Shown piece after piece: positions 12,846 through 22,035 of a stretch of 64,000 nt of DNA. Source of the DNA: an uncultured Alphaproteobacteria bacterium (GTDB lineage: Bacteria; Pseudomonadota; Alphaproteobacteria; Rhizobiales; Xanthobacteraceae). The stretch is taken from contig CAWFJS010000020.1 of NCBI GenBank assembly GCA_963816295.1, positions 3,646-67,645 of the forward strand, given 5' to 3'. The notes below the pieces were generated by a model, which saw only the letters and a list, made by a program, of their open reading frames with translations, searched no databases and was not told the DNA's origin. The translations under genes were made by a program, and so were the position numbers. Position 1 is the first letter of the stretch; the number at the start of each line of letters is the position of its first letter.

Positions 12846-14948
12846 CTATTCTGCGATGGTCTGGCGCGGGACCGCCTCGTACGGATCCGCATGCGCCACC
12901 ACGTCCGGCCGGAGCATGGTCCCCGGCATGATCTCAAAGCGCGGGTCAAAGTCCACCATCGTCGCCGCGAGTTTCTGCAGCACGCTTGCGTCGCCTTGTA
13001 CCTTGGCCGTGCCGTCCGCAATCTGAGCTTCGAGCGTCTTTGCGCGTATCATCGTCTGCTCCAGGTCGGAACGGTTTATCGTGAGGGTCAGGTCGGGTTT
13101 TTCGGCCAGGAAGCCCTTGATGTTGGTAAGAGTGGCGTTCTCCAGTTCGACGATGAATTTCTCGCCATTGTCCGGTGTGATAAGGTTCATGGTGAACCGC
13201 ATGCCTTCGGCCTTGCGGCTGTCCATCCGGATGCCCAGGAAGTTGAGGAATAATTCTGTCGACATTGCCCTCACGACATCGGGACTACTCGCGTCGACGG
13301 TCTCCCCCTGAGGAATTCCTGTGCGGAGTTCATAAGCAGCGGCAAGGTAGCTATTTCGCAAGCTCGGAGTTTCCTGCTGATATCCGAGTTGCTCGAAAAT
13401 GTCCGCGAGCAAGTCCTTGGCAGCTTGATTTTGCGGTTCAGCCTGCACCAACTTGTTGACGATTTCCTGCGCGTGCAGATACCGACCCTCATCATGCAGT
13501 TGTCGCCCTCGGGCCATTATTTTCTCTGAACCGCCCATCATCTCGACGTAGAGCGGCGCAGAATCCTTAGGCGACAGCGGAATAAGGGTCGCCGGGTTGC
13601 AATCCCAAAAGCCAAGATAGCGTTGGACAACTCCACGACTATTATGCTGAGGGGAGCCGTGATAACCGCGGCAAAACCATTTGTTCTGAAGGCTCCTGGG
13701 AACCTCATACACGTTGTGAATCTCGTTGATCGTCACCCCTTGGTTCGCCAAGTGCAGCACTTGGTTGTTCATGTGGGCGTAGAGATCGCGCTGACCACGA
13801 AGAACTTCCTGGATTCGATCGTTGCCCCAACGCGGCCAATGGTGGGACGCGAACATGACTTCAGCCTCTTGGCCAAAACGATATAGCGCTTCGTTGATAT
13901 ACTTTGACCAGCCGAGTGGGTCTCGTACTTGCGCGCCGCGCAATGTGTAGATGTTGTGCAACGTTGAAGTGACGTTCTCAGCCATCCACAGCGCCTTCAT
14001 CTCGGGGATGTACGTGTTCATTTCCCGAGGGGCTTCGGTGTTAGGCGTATACTGGAAGATCATCCTGACGCCGTCGACCTCGAACTCTTCGATGTCCTTT
14101 TCCACGTAACGGGTGGGCGCAATCAGGCCGGTCGCACCGGCCGATATGGCCTGACCAAGGCCTTGACCGGCATAACCATAAGGACTCGCCGGCAGCAGCA
14201 AGCCGTACTGGAAAAATAGGCGCCGATTCATGGCGTTGCCGGCATAGACGTTCTCGGAAACAGTGAAGTTCATGAAGTCGACGGGAGCAATGATGGGGAC
14301 CTTCCCGGACCTCACATCGGCTTCATCTACGATGCCGCGCACGCCGCCCCAATGGTCGCCATGTGTGTGGGAATAGATCACGGCTGAGACAGGCAGGCCA
14401 TTGCCAACGTGGTCCTGGAACAACTTCCACGCCGCACGCACCACTTCCTTCGTGACCAGTGGGTCAAAGACGATCCACCCGGTCTTGCCGCGAACGAAGG
14501 AGATATCAGAGAGGTCGAACCCGCGAACCTGATAAATGCCTGGGATCACCTCGTAGAGTCCGTAATTGTTATTTAATTTTGACTGACGGTGCAGTGAGGG
14601 ATGGATGCTCTCAAATTCGTCCTGTGAATCCAGGAAATGAAACCGCTCCATGTCCCAGGCGACGTGGCCGGCATCCGCCATGATCTTGAGGTCTTTCATG
14701 GGAGCGATAAGTCCCTTCTTCTGCTCCTCCAAATCCCTCGTGTCGGCAAAGGGCAGCGTGGCCTTGGCCTGCGTGAGCACATCCAGCGTGAATTTTGATG
14801 GCGCCTTGCCCTTGGGATCGAAGTGTCCCTTCAATGGAGTGGGCTCTTGAGCGCGAGCGGGGTTCGCTTCTAAAATTAAATTCCCGGCCACCGCGAAAGC
14901 TGCACTTGTAGCAGGAACGGATTGGATGAACTCTCGGCGTGTTGACAT
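12846..14948 (-). CDS. alkyl/aryl-sulfatase (metallo-beta-lactamase fold, SdsA1/YjcS type)
   Basis: Twin-arginine leader RREFIQSVPATSAAFAVAG, HTHGDHWGG metal motif, long C-terminal dimerisation/SCP2-like region; start taken at MSTRREF. Confidence 0.85.
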   Translation of the reverse strand: MSTRREFIQSVPATSAAFAVAGNLILEANPARAQEPTPLKGHFDPKGKAPSKFTLDVLTQAKATLPFADTRDLEEQKKGLIAPMKDLKIMADAGHVAWDMERFHFLDSQDEFESIHPSLHRQSKLNNNYGLYEVIPGIYQVRGFDLSDISFVRGKTGWIVFDPLVTKEVVRAAWKLFQDHVGNGLPVSAVIYSHTHGDHWGGVRGIVDEADVRSGKVPIIAPVDFMNFTVSENVYAGNAMNRRLFFQYGLLLPASPYGYAGQGLGQAISAGATGLIAPTRYVEKDIEEFEVDGVRMIFQYTPNTEAPREMNTYIPEMKALWMAENVTSTLHNIYTLRGAQVRDPLGWSKYINEALYRFGQEAEVMFASHHWPRWGNDRIQEVLRGQRDLYAHMNNQVLHLANQGVTINEIHNVYEVPRSLQNKWFCRGYHGSPQHNSRGVVQRYLGFWDCNPATLIPLSPKDSAPLYVEMMGGSEKIMARGRQLHDEGRYLHAQEIVNKLVQAEPQNQAAKDLLADIFEQLGYQQETPSLRNSYLAAAYELRTGIPQGETVDASSPDVVRAMSTELFLNFLGIRMDSRKAEGMRFTMNLITPDNGEKFIVELENATLTNIKGFLAEKPDLTLTINRSDLEQTMIRAKTLEAQIADGTAKVQGDASVLQKLAATMVDFDPRFEIMPGTMLRPDVVAHADPYEAVPRQTIAE

Positions 14949-15067
14949 CACGATCTCCCGAACTTCCGGCAAAATAGCCGTTGATAAAATTATCGGAGTT
15001 CAGGGAACTCTAAATTGAGGCATGTCAATTACTGACGCCTTAGATGGACGAGGCGATAAACGGCTAG

Positions 15068-15098
15068 GATGTCCGTTAAGGGCTGAGAATGCCGACAA
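15068..15098 (+). repeat. degenerate REP-like unit
   Basis: GATGTCCGTTAAGGGCTGAGAATGCCGACAAG; left arm conserved, right arm decayed. Confidence 0.4.
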
Positions 15099-15108
15099 GT
15101 CCCATTGG

Positions 15109-16272
15109 TCAGATACTCTCGAGCACAACGTCGAGATCCAGGGTGGAGCGGCGTCCAAGATCCGATGCATGGGCCTCCAAAAAGACTTGCGCCGACCTTC
15201 GCCCTTCATCGCGCAGCAAGGAGAAGAATTCCCATTCCGCGTTGAGCTTGGAGGAGGCACCGAGCTCGGTCAGCATCTCGCTCGCGATACGGTGGATACG
15301 CATGCCGGCCCATTGCGCGCCCTCACTGTGGCCCGGGTCGGCGACTTGCCGAAGCAAGGCGATCATGCGCAGCTCCTTCAGCAGAACCGCGTTGAAGGAC
15401 ACCTCATTTAGCCGGTTGAGAATCTCCGAGGCGGAGCGCGGTGATTTTTCGCGTTCGACCGGATTGATCTGAACGAGAATGGTATCGTGCGATTTGCACT
15501 CCCGTACAAGGGGCGTGATCGTGGGATTGCCGGAATAGCCTCCATCCCAGTAGGGTTCACCGTCAATCTCTATGGCCTGGAACATGGTTGGCAGACAAGC
15601 TGAAGCGAGCAAAACGTCCGGCGTAACAGCGTCGTTCTTGAACACGTGACCGCGGCCGGTTCGAACATTGGTAGCGGTGATAAAGAGCTTAATAGGTGCT
15701 CGCGCCAGCCGCTCAAAATTGATTGTTTCGGCCAGAATTGCACGCAATGGATTTTTGCCCATCGGGTTCAAGTCATAGGGCGACACCAAGCGAGACATGA
15801 GATCCATGGCGACATAGATAGGCGAAGAATCCAGCGTCCAGCGGCCGAGAATCACATCGAGGGGGCCGCGCCGCAAAGGACTGAAGCGAGCCGCCTCGGA
15901 GACGCGGAGCCAGAAATTCTCCAGAGCTGTCCGGGCACCCGCGGCCCCGCCTTTGGCATGACCATCGACAAGCACCGCGGCATTCATCGCCCCCGCCGAC
16001 GTGCCCGAAATGCCATCGATTCCAAGCCACGGCTCCTCGAGCAGACGATCGAGCACGCCCCAAGTAAATGCCCCATGCGAGCCACCGCCCTGCAACGCGA
16101 GATCGACAAGGATGGGATCGCGAGTGATGGCTGCTTTAATTGCGCCTTTGGCCATTGGATCTCGCAAAAAATTCCCACTCGCGCCGGGAACCGGCGAACG
16201 GGCAAATACGATTGATAGAACCGCGATTGCGAAAAGCCCCAACGAAGTCAGGACTGCTCCTTCGCTAGTCAA
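15109..16272 (-). CDS. patatin-like phospholipase family protein
   Basis: GGGSHGAFTWGVLD oxyanion motif and GTSAG nucleophile elbow; start may be the internal MAKGAIK (16155). Confidence 0.85.
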   Translation of the reverse strand: MTSEGAVLTSLGLFAIAVLSIVFARSPVPGASGNFLRDPMAKGAIKAAITRDPILVDLALQGGGSHGAFTWGVLDRLLEEPWLGIDGISGTSAGAMNAAVLVDGHAKGGAAGARTALENFWLRVSEAARFSPLRRGPLDVILGRWTLDSSPIYVAMDLMSRLVSPYDLNPMGKNPLRAILAETINFERLARAPIKLFITATNVRTGRGHVFKNDAVTPDVLLASACLPTMFQAIEIDGEPYWDGGYSGNPTITPLVRECKSHDTILVQINPVEREKSPRSASEILNRLNEVSFNAVLLKELRMIALLRQVADPGHSEGAQWAGMRIHRIASEMLTELGASSKLNAEWEFFSLLRDEGRRSAQVFLEAHASDLGRRSTLDLDVVLESI

Positions 16273-16371
16273 AGCCCATTTTCAGCTCGAAAACTGAGCA
16301 ATTTTGCTCATCGGCCCGAGCGAACTATTGGGAACCGCAGGTGCTGGTGAACATGGCGACTTCAATCTTTC

Positions 16372-16436
16372 ATGTCCGCCTTGCCTCCAAAAGCGGACAT
16401 TGCCGGGCGCGATAACGATGTCCGCTAAGTGCCAAT
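16372..16436 (+). repeat. REP units (B, left part of C)
   Basis: B 16372-16401 ATGTCCGCCTTGCCTCCAAAAGCGGACATT; C left part 16417-16436 GATGTCCGCTAAGTGCCAAT, same as the intact unit at 54214-54243 up to the loop. Confidence 0.8.
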
Positions 16437-17707
16437 AACAGATGAGGTGGATGGCTCCCGCTCACGGCATCTAGGTGCCAAGGTGTGAATGCCATCAAAC
16501 ATTCACGAGCAAAATGGGAGCCACCCGTCATGGATATTACTACGATCGGCCTCGATTTGGCTAAGAGCATTTTTCAGGTTCACGGCGTTGACGCGAACGG
16601 TCGGGTCGTTATCCGCAAGTCGCTTCGACGAGCGCAGATGCTGCCATTCTTCGCCAGGTTGCCTTCGTGCCTGGTCGGCGTGGAAGCATGCGGCACCTCG
16701 CATTATTGGGCGCGTGAGCTAATCAAGCTCGGCCATGAGGTGCGCCTGATGCCGCCGGCTTACGTTAAGCCGTATGTGAAGCGCAGTAAGACCGACGCTG
16801 CCGATGCGGAAGCGGTTTGCGAAGCGGTGACGCGGCCGACGATGCGCTTCGTGCCGGTGAAGTCACCCGAGCAGCAGGCGGCGCTGTCGATGCACCGGGC
16901 ACGCGATCTACTGGTCAAGCAGCGCACGCAGCTGGTCAACATGATCCGCGGCCTGCTCGCCGAGTTTGGCATCAACATCCCCAAGGGTCTCGAACGGGCG
17001 CTGCTGATGGCGCGACGGATCGTCGATGATGAAGCGCCAGACGTTCCGATTGAAGCTGCGAAGATCGTCGGCACACTGTCACAGCAGGCACTCGATATCC
17101 ATGTTCGGCTTCGCCAAATCGATCGCGATCTGCTCGTTTGGCAACGTGGCAACGATGTCGCGCGTCGTCTCATGACCATTCCTGGTATCGGACCGGTCGG
17201 TGCGACGGCACTTGCCGCGTCGGTCACCGACCCGCACCAGTTCCGCTCAGGGCGACAGTTCGCCGCCTGGTTGGGACTGACGCCACTTCAGAAGTCGAGT
17301 GGTGGTAAAGAGCGGCTCGGACGTATCACCAAGATGGGCGACAAGTACTTGCGCAAGCTGCTCATCGTCGGCATGACTTCACTCGTTCGACGCGCAAAGG
17401 ACAATCCTCCGACGATTGATCCACGGCTAGCCAATCTGCTCGTGCGAAAGCCCGTGCGGGTCGCAACCGTCGCGATGGCAAACAAGACAGCACGGCAATC
17501 ATGACACGTGGCGAGACCTATCGTGCCAGCCACCAGCCGGCACTGGCCGCATAACAGCGACGATACACGCTTAGCTGAAGAGGAGATCAGCTTCACGAAG
17601 TTGCGAGAGCGATGCGATGTGATGGCAAACCGGTCAGACCGGGAACAGGGACAACCCACTTGATGTCCAAGGCGTCATAGCCTGAATAACAGAATGGGAC
17701 CTCGTTC
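16437..17707 (+). mobile_element. IS110-family element lodged inside a C-class REP unit (ends approximate)
   Basis: REP left arm and loop end about 16436; matching right arm plus tail GCGGACTCCATCAGGGCCAGCAG starts at 17708; the 1.27 kb between them carries the IS110 transposase. Confidence 0.55.
16530..17554 (+). pseudogene. IS110-family transposase with C-terminal frameshift (or sequencing indel)
   Basis: MDITTIGLDLAKSIFQVHGVD.. N-terminus; frame stops at ANKTARQS*, another frame continues AIMTRGETYRASHQPALAA* to 17554; adding one G to the GG run in CACGGCAATC (17491-17500) rejoins them. Confidence 0.8.
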
Positions 17708-17731
17708 GCGGACTCCATCAGGGCCAGCAGT
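17708..17731 (+). repeat. right arm and tail of the IS110-split C-class REP unit
   Basis: GCGGACTCCATCAGGGCCAGCAG compared with GCGGACTCATGCAGTGCAGCAA at 2868-2889. Confidence 0.6.
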
Positions 17732-18016
17732 CTCAACTGACTGCATCAACAGGTCGGACAGAAGACTGCACCCGACCAACGTCACCACGTCAAATTATCT
17801 CTTGCAACGCGGGGGCCATCCACAGAGGACATCAAGTTGATGACGTGGTGATTAGAGCAGGCCCCTGTCCTCCACAGGTGGCCGGCTGCGGCCAGGTCGC
17901 GTTCCAATTGGCGATGTCTTGAGTTTGACGTCGGTCAGACCCGACCTTCAGGGCGCTTAATCAATTCGCTATAATGCGAACGCTTTTTCGGCGACCTCGA
18001 AGTTCAGGATAGCGCA

Positions 18017-18709
18017 ATGCAAGTCAAAGACATCATGACGCTCAACGTCATTTGCGTTGGCGCGGACGAGGCTATGGTCAACGCTGCGCGTCTGATGCTC
18101 CAGCATCAAATCAGCGGCTTGCCGGTCGTCGACAAGGAAGGCGAGCTTATTGGTATCGTTACCGAGGGCGATTTTCTCCGACGCAGTGAACTTGGTACGC
18201 AACGGCGCCGCCCGAAATGGCTCGAATTCGTCCTTGGGCCAGGCAAGCTCGCCCAGGAATACGTGCGCGCGTCAGGCAAAAAAATTGAAGATGTTATGAC
18301 GCCTGATCCGTGGACGATAGGCGAAGACGAATTGCTCGAGGCGGTCGTCGATATGATGGAGCGCCGTCGCATTAAGCGCATCCCGGTGACTCGAAACGGT
18401 CGCGTTGTCGGCATCATCAGTCGTGCCAACCTGATGCATGCGCTCGCGAGTCTTGCACGCGATGCCAGTCCCCCGGCTGGCGGCAATTCGACGATTCGGG
18501 ACAGCATCATCGCCACAATCGCGAAACAAAATTGGGCGCCGCGTGTCAACGTGATCGTGAAGGACGGCGTCGCCGAATTGCACGGAGTTGTCACCGATGA
18601 TCGCGAACGTCAGGGCCTTGTTGTCGCGGCGGAGAGTGTCCCTGGCGTCAAACGCGTAGTCGATCACCTCGTCTGGGTGGAGCCAATTTCGGGAATGGCA
18701 TTCAAGTAG
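18017..18709 (+). CDS. CBS-pair plus BON domain protein
   Basis: Two CBS repeats (ISGLPVVDKEGELIGIVTEGD; IKRIPVTRNGRVVGIISRANL) and C-terminal BON-like VIVKDGVAELHGVVTDDRERQGLVVAAESVPGVKRVVDHL. Confidence 0.85.
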   Translation: MQVKDIMTLNVICVGADEAMVNAARLMLQHQISGLPVVDKEGELIGIVTEGDFLRRSELGTQRRRPKWLEFVLGPGKLAQEYVRASGKKIEDVMTPDPWTIGEDELLEAVVDMMERRRIKRIPVTRNGRVVGIISRANLMHALASLARDASPPAGGNSTIRDSIIATIAKQNWAPRVNVIVKDGVAELHGVVTDDRERQGLVVAAESVPGVKRVVDHLVWVEPISGMAFK

Positions 18710-18859
18710 CTCTCTCGGCGTGTCGATCCGCAGACCGCAAGCAGAGTCACAACAGCGTCGTCGTTATACGGCAGGATATCAAGAGTACCTGAGCCGATCC
18801 GGCAACACGCTCCATTGGTCACCGCGCGACAGACGGGGAACAGCCGGTCATTCGGCCCT

Positions 18860-19309
18860 TTATGTCTTGCCCCACCAGTTGAATATGCCGCCGATGCGGC
18901 CGCCAGTGTCGAACGCTCTCTTCTGCCTCGCGTCCAGGGTGTCATAAAACGCCTGAAGCTTGGGCTCGATTGCCTTCAGGCCGGCAAGCCTGATCTCCGC
19001 CATCTTTTCGGCGAACGCCATTTGACCCGGCGTCGTAGAAAGATCCGGCTTGTCGGTGCATAGCGACTCCTTGGCAGATGCGTCGGCAGATCCAAAAGCG
19101 TCGGTCAAATCTCTAAGAGCCGATTTTTGGGGATCGGTGAGATTAAGCCGCCTCGCCAGTCGCTTGCCGGCGGCCGGTGTCGCCTGGCGGCTGCAAATCG
19201 CACTAATCATATTTCGCTCAAGCGAGGTGCTTTGAGCGCGCGCCGGCGTCGCCGCAAAGGTCAGACCGGCAAGGAAAATCAGGATCGCTGAACGCACGAC
19301 AGACCTCAA
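18860..19309 (-). CDS. Spy/CpxP-like periplasmic protein (LTXXQ motifs)
   Basis: Signal peptide ..AATPARAQ, LTDPQKSAL and LDARQKRAF motifs. Confidence 0.6.
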   Translation of the reverse strand: MRSVVRSAILIFLAGLTFAATPARAQSTSLERNMISAICSRQATPAAGKRLARRLNLTDPQKSALRDLTDAFGSADASAKESLCTDKPDLSTTPGQMAFAEKMAEIRLAGLKAIEPKLQAFYDTLDARQKRAFDTGGRIGGIFNWWGKT

Positions 19310-19346
19310 TTGTGCGCGAGCTCAACATTTCGGCCAATTGAGTACT

Positions 19347-19360
19347 TTGATCTTAGTCAA
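19347..19360. promoter_or_regulatory. FNR/FixK-type box TTGATCTTAGTCAA
   Basis: Matches TTGA(T/C)-N4-(A/G)TCAA; centred about 44 nt upstream of the ATG at 19309. Confidence 0.45.
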
Positions 19361-19447
19361 AAATAGGAGCCCTTGTTTGAGCCAGCGGTCACTATTTCAG
19401 GATCGAGCGAGGCTGATGATTGCAGTCACAACCGCGAGAGTTCTCAG

Positions 19448-19618
19448 TCAATGGTTCGAGTTTGCCAACCAATTCTCTACTGCATGTTCGATTTCGTCGG
19501 CTTGGTGTTTAGTCTGCTCCCAAACGGCCGCCCGGTAGTGTCCATCATATTCGTATGCGTCGAATGCCAGAAGGGCAGCGATCAACACTGCAAAGATTAT
19601 TATGATTGTGGACCTCAT
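19448..19618 (-). CDS. small membrane-anchored hypothetical protein (56 aa, below ORF-track cutoff)
   Basis: My translation: MRSTIIIIFAVLIAALLAFDAYEYDGHYRAAVWEQTKHQADEIEHAVENWLANSNH; N-terminal TM helix. Confidence 0.35.
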   Translation of the reverse strand: MRSTIIIIFAVLIAALLAFDAYEYDGHYRAAVWEQTKHQADEIEHAVENWLANSNH

Positions 19619-19640
19619 TGAGTTACAGCTGGCCCCCTCG

Positions 19641-20024
19641 TTACTGGATCAGCCGGGCGCGTAGTCTTGCAAACTCGGCGTCGCTGATCGATCCGGCTTT
19701 TTTTAACCCATCGAGCTTTTGGATCTCATCTGCGGCGCTGAAACCAACAACGCGCCTAAGCTCATCACGCGCCTGCTGAGCTTGCTGCACATTGCGCTCT
19801 GCCATGCCTCTTCCCTGAAAGATCAAATAGGCAAGGACCGCAATGTAGGAAAAGACAATCAAGGCTATTACCCAAATGGCCTTGATCCAACCTGAAATGT
19901 CGTGGCGACGGAACAGATCAGCAAAAACGGTAATCAATAGCCAGAACCACACGACGAAGATGAATATCGCTAGGACGTCCATCAGGAAATTGCGATAGGT
20001 GAAGCCTTCCTGCAAGTAGAACAT
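19641..20024 (-). CDS. PLD-nuclease-N-like membrane domain plus SHOCT domain protein
   Basis: Two TM helices with DLFRRHDISGW motif, C-terminal SHOCT-like IQKLDGLKKAGSISDAEFARLRARL; AGGAGG 7 nt before the ATG. Confidence 0.75.
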   Translation of the reverse strand: MFYLQEGFTYRNFLMDVLAIFIFVVWFWLLITVFADLFRRHDISGWIKAIWVIALIVFSYIAVLAYLIFQGRGMAERNVQQAQQARDELRRVVGFSAADEIQKLDGLKKAGSISDAEFARLRARLIQ

Positions 20025-20093
20025 CGGAATCCTCCTTTGCGCCTCAGTTGCTCCGAAAGCTGAAAGCCTATCTGCTCAGGCAAACCGGACGGT

Positions 20094-20107
20094 TTGATCT
20101 AAATCAA
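20094..20107. promoter_or_regulatory. FNR/FixK-type box TTGATCTAAATCAA
   Basis: Perfect palindromic half-sites; centred 76 nt upstream of the SHOCT gene start; identical 17-nt context GGTTTGATCTAAATCAA recurs at 46827-46843. Confidence 0.6.
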
Positions 20108-20218
20108 GCTTTGATGCGCTATGCCCTCCCGCCGCTTTCGCCCCTAGTCCGTTGAGGAGCGGTCCGCCTTCTTTTCAAACGGCTGACGGCGCAGCACCCG
20201 GTAATGCCGCACGCGTTG

Positions 20219-20232
20219 TTGATCCAGATCAA
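20219..20232. promoter_or_regulatory. FNR/FixK-type box TTGATCCAGATCAA
   Basis: Perfect half-sites; centred about 63 nt upstream of the ATG at 20289. Confidence 0.6.
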
Positions 20233-20288
20233 AGCGTCCCGGCAGTCAACTGCGTGCTAATTGCTCCACCAATTATTGGGGAAATGCC

Positions 20289-20450
20289 ATGCCAGAAAAT
20301 GACGCAAATGATCTAGCCGAACTCGGTGAGGATATTTTCACATTTGATGTATCAGACGACTCGCTAGAGCGCGCTGCCGTAGTTGCTGACGGGCAAGCCA
20401 TAACGATCGGACATTGCACTCACTGGTGGCACTGCAGCTGGCCGCTATAG
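20289..20450 (+). CDS. candidate small protein (53 aa) with C-terminal HCTHWWHCSW motif; not in ORF track
   Basis: My translation: MPENDANDLAELGEDIFTFDVSDDSLERAAVVADGQAITIGHCTHWWHCSWPL; GGGGAA 5 nt before the ATG; FNR-type box upstream; third-position GC looks lower than in neighbouring genes. Confidence 0.4.
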   Translation: MPENDANDLAELGEDIFTFDVSDDSLERAAVVADGQAITIGHCTHWWHCSWPL

Positions 20451-20512
20451 CTTCTGCAAAGGAGCAGTGATTTCGCCCTGTACTTTACAAAGCGTGATAC
20501 GACGACTGCCCC

Positions 20513-20538
20513 ATGTCCGCTTTGCGCCAAAAGCGGAC
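20513..20538 (+). repeat. solitary REP-like unit
   Basis: ATGTCCGCTTTGCGCCAAAAGCGGAC. Confidence 0.8.
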
Positions 20539-20765
20539 CTTACGCAGCCCGGCAAAAAGAGCTCATTCGATCACATCGTCGGCGCGCTGTTGCTTTTGCA
20601 GGGACATATTGAGGCGCAGCGCCTTCGCGATTTTGAGCTCGCACTACAGAGGCGCTACCATGCGCTCGCGTCAGTGCTGAATGGGTTGAGATGTAGACTG
20701 AGCATCGAATCGCCTCCGGTAACAGAGGCGGGATCAAGTACAACACATTCCGGAATCGGGGTAAC

Positions 20766-20937
20766 TTGAGCGGCGGCTTCTTGTTCAAACTTTTCAACTG
20801 GCTGACCAGGGGAATATGGCTTCTGTTCCGGGTCTTGCTCATCACATGGGCAACCCTGGCCATCTACTATTCCAATCTGCCGTTTGCTGGATTGCGTCTC
20901 GCATTGGCGATGTCATTTGCGGTACTGGCGATATGGC
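20766..20937 (+). pseudogene. 5' fragment of a membrane-protein ORF ending at the IS junction
   Basis: TTG-start ORF ..LLFRVLLITWATLAIYYSNLPFAGLRLALAMSFAVLAIW runs into the IS left inverted repeat; no continuation found after the IS. Confidence 0.3.
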
Positions 20938-22035
20938 TTGTGTGTACCGAAAACCCTATCCGTATTGATTGGAGGAGGGAATCACCTAACGTCGGCGCAC
21001 AATGATCGCGCTGCTATGCTTTGTCCTAAACGTCTTGGTCTCGCCATTTAAGTCGACGAGCCGACTTGAAGCCGAAAATGCTGCGCTCCGGCACCAAGTG
21101 GTTATGTTGCGCCGGATAGTGCATAGGCGCGTGCGGCTTACGAACAGCGATCGCATATTCTTTATCCAGCTGTATCGATGGTTTCCGTCGGTTCTGAAGG
21201 TCATCGCGGTCATCCGTCCAGAGACGCTCGTTCGTTGGCATCGGGCGGGCTTTCGTCGGTACTGGCGTTGGAAGTCGCGCTCGTTTGGAGGGCGGCCGCA
21301 GGTTGACGCCGAGCTGCGCGCATTGATCCGGCGAATGAGTGTCGAGAACCCGCTGTGGGGCGCGCCGCGCATCCACGGCGAACTGCTCAAGCTCGGGTTT
21401 GAAGTCGCGCAATCGAGCGTCGCCAAATACATGGTCGAGCGGCATGGACCGCCAAGTCAGGGCTGGCGCACATTTCTGCGCAACCACGCGCCGGACATTG
21501 CCGCGATGGATCTATTCATTGTCCCGACCATTGGCTTCAACCTGCTCTATGCCTTCGTCGTTGTTCGGCTGGACCGGAGAGAGCTGGTCTGGATCAACGT
21601 TACACAAAATCCTACGGCAGAATGGATCGCGCGCCAGATAACCGAGGCATTCCCCTGGAATGAGTCGCCACGCTACCTCATCAGAGATCGGGACCGTATC
21701 TATGGCGAGGTTGCTCTACGCCGAATTCGCGCCATGGGCATACGCGACAAGCCTATCGCACCAGCGTCACCTTGGCAGAACGGTTTTACCGAAAGGCTGA
21801 TCGGATCGATCCGGCGTGAATGCCTCGATCATCTCGTCATCTTGGGTGAGGCTCATCTACGTCGAATTTTGCGAAATTACGCGAGCTATTACAACAACAT
21901 CCGAACACACCGATCACTGGATAAAGATGCTCCGGCCTTTCGCTCTGTTCAGCGGGTCGGTACCATCACGTCATATACGATCCTCGGCGGGCTTCACCAT
22001 CACTACGTGCGTGTTTGAGTTTTCGGTACACACAA
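20938..22035 (+). mobile_element. IS481/IS3-superfamily-type insertion sequence (single rve ORF)
   Basis: Perfect 17-bp terminal inverted repeats TTGTGTGTACCGAAAAC (20938-20954) and GTTTTCGGTACACACAA (22019-22035); no clean target duplication (ATATGGC versus CTGTGGC). Confidence 0.8.
21002..22018 (+). CDS. DDE transposase with integrase core (rve) domain
   Basis: N-terminal coiled LEAENAALRHQVVMLRR, ..WGAPRIHGELLKLGFEVAQSSVAKYM.., C-terminal ..SPWQNGFTERLIGSIRRECLDH..YNNIRTHRSL. Confidence 0.9.
   Translation: MIALLCFVLNVLVSPFKSTSRLEAENAALRHQVVMLRRIVHRRVRLTNSDRIFFIQLYRWFPSVLKVIAVIRPETLVRWHRAGFRRYWRWKSRSFGGRPQVDAELRALIRRMSVENPLWGAPRIHGELLKLGFEVAQSSVAKYMVERHGPPSQGWRTFLRNHAPDIAAMDLFIVPTIGFNLLYAFVVVRLDRRELVWINVTQNPTAEWIARQITEAFPWNESPRYLIRDRDRIYGEVALRRIRAMGIRDKPIAPASPWQNGFTERLIGSIRRECLDHLVILGEAHLRRILRNYASYYNNIRTHRSLDKDAPAFRSVQRVGTITSYTILGGLHHHYVRV

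Noticed and set aside
19641-20769. RiPP biosynthetic gene cluster around the small Cys/His/Trp ORF
   Set aside because: No radical SAM, cyclodehydratase, MNIO, protease or transporter genes lie within several kb. Only the precursor-like ORF itself is kept, as a low-confidence candidate.
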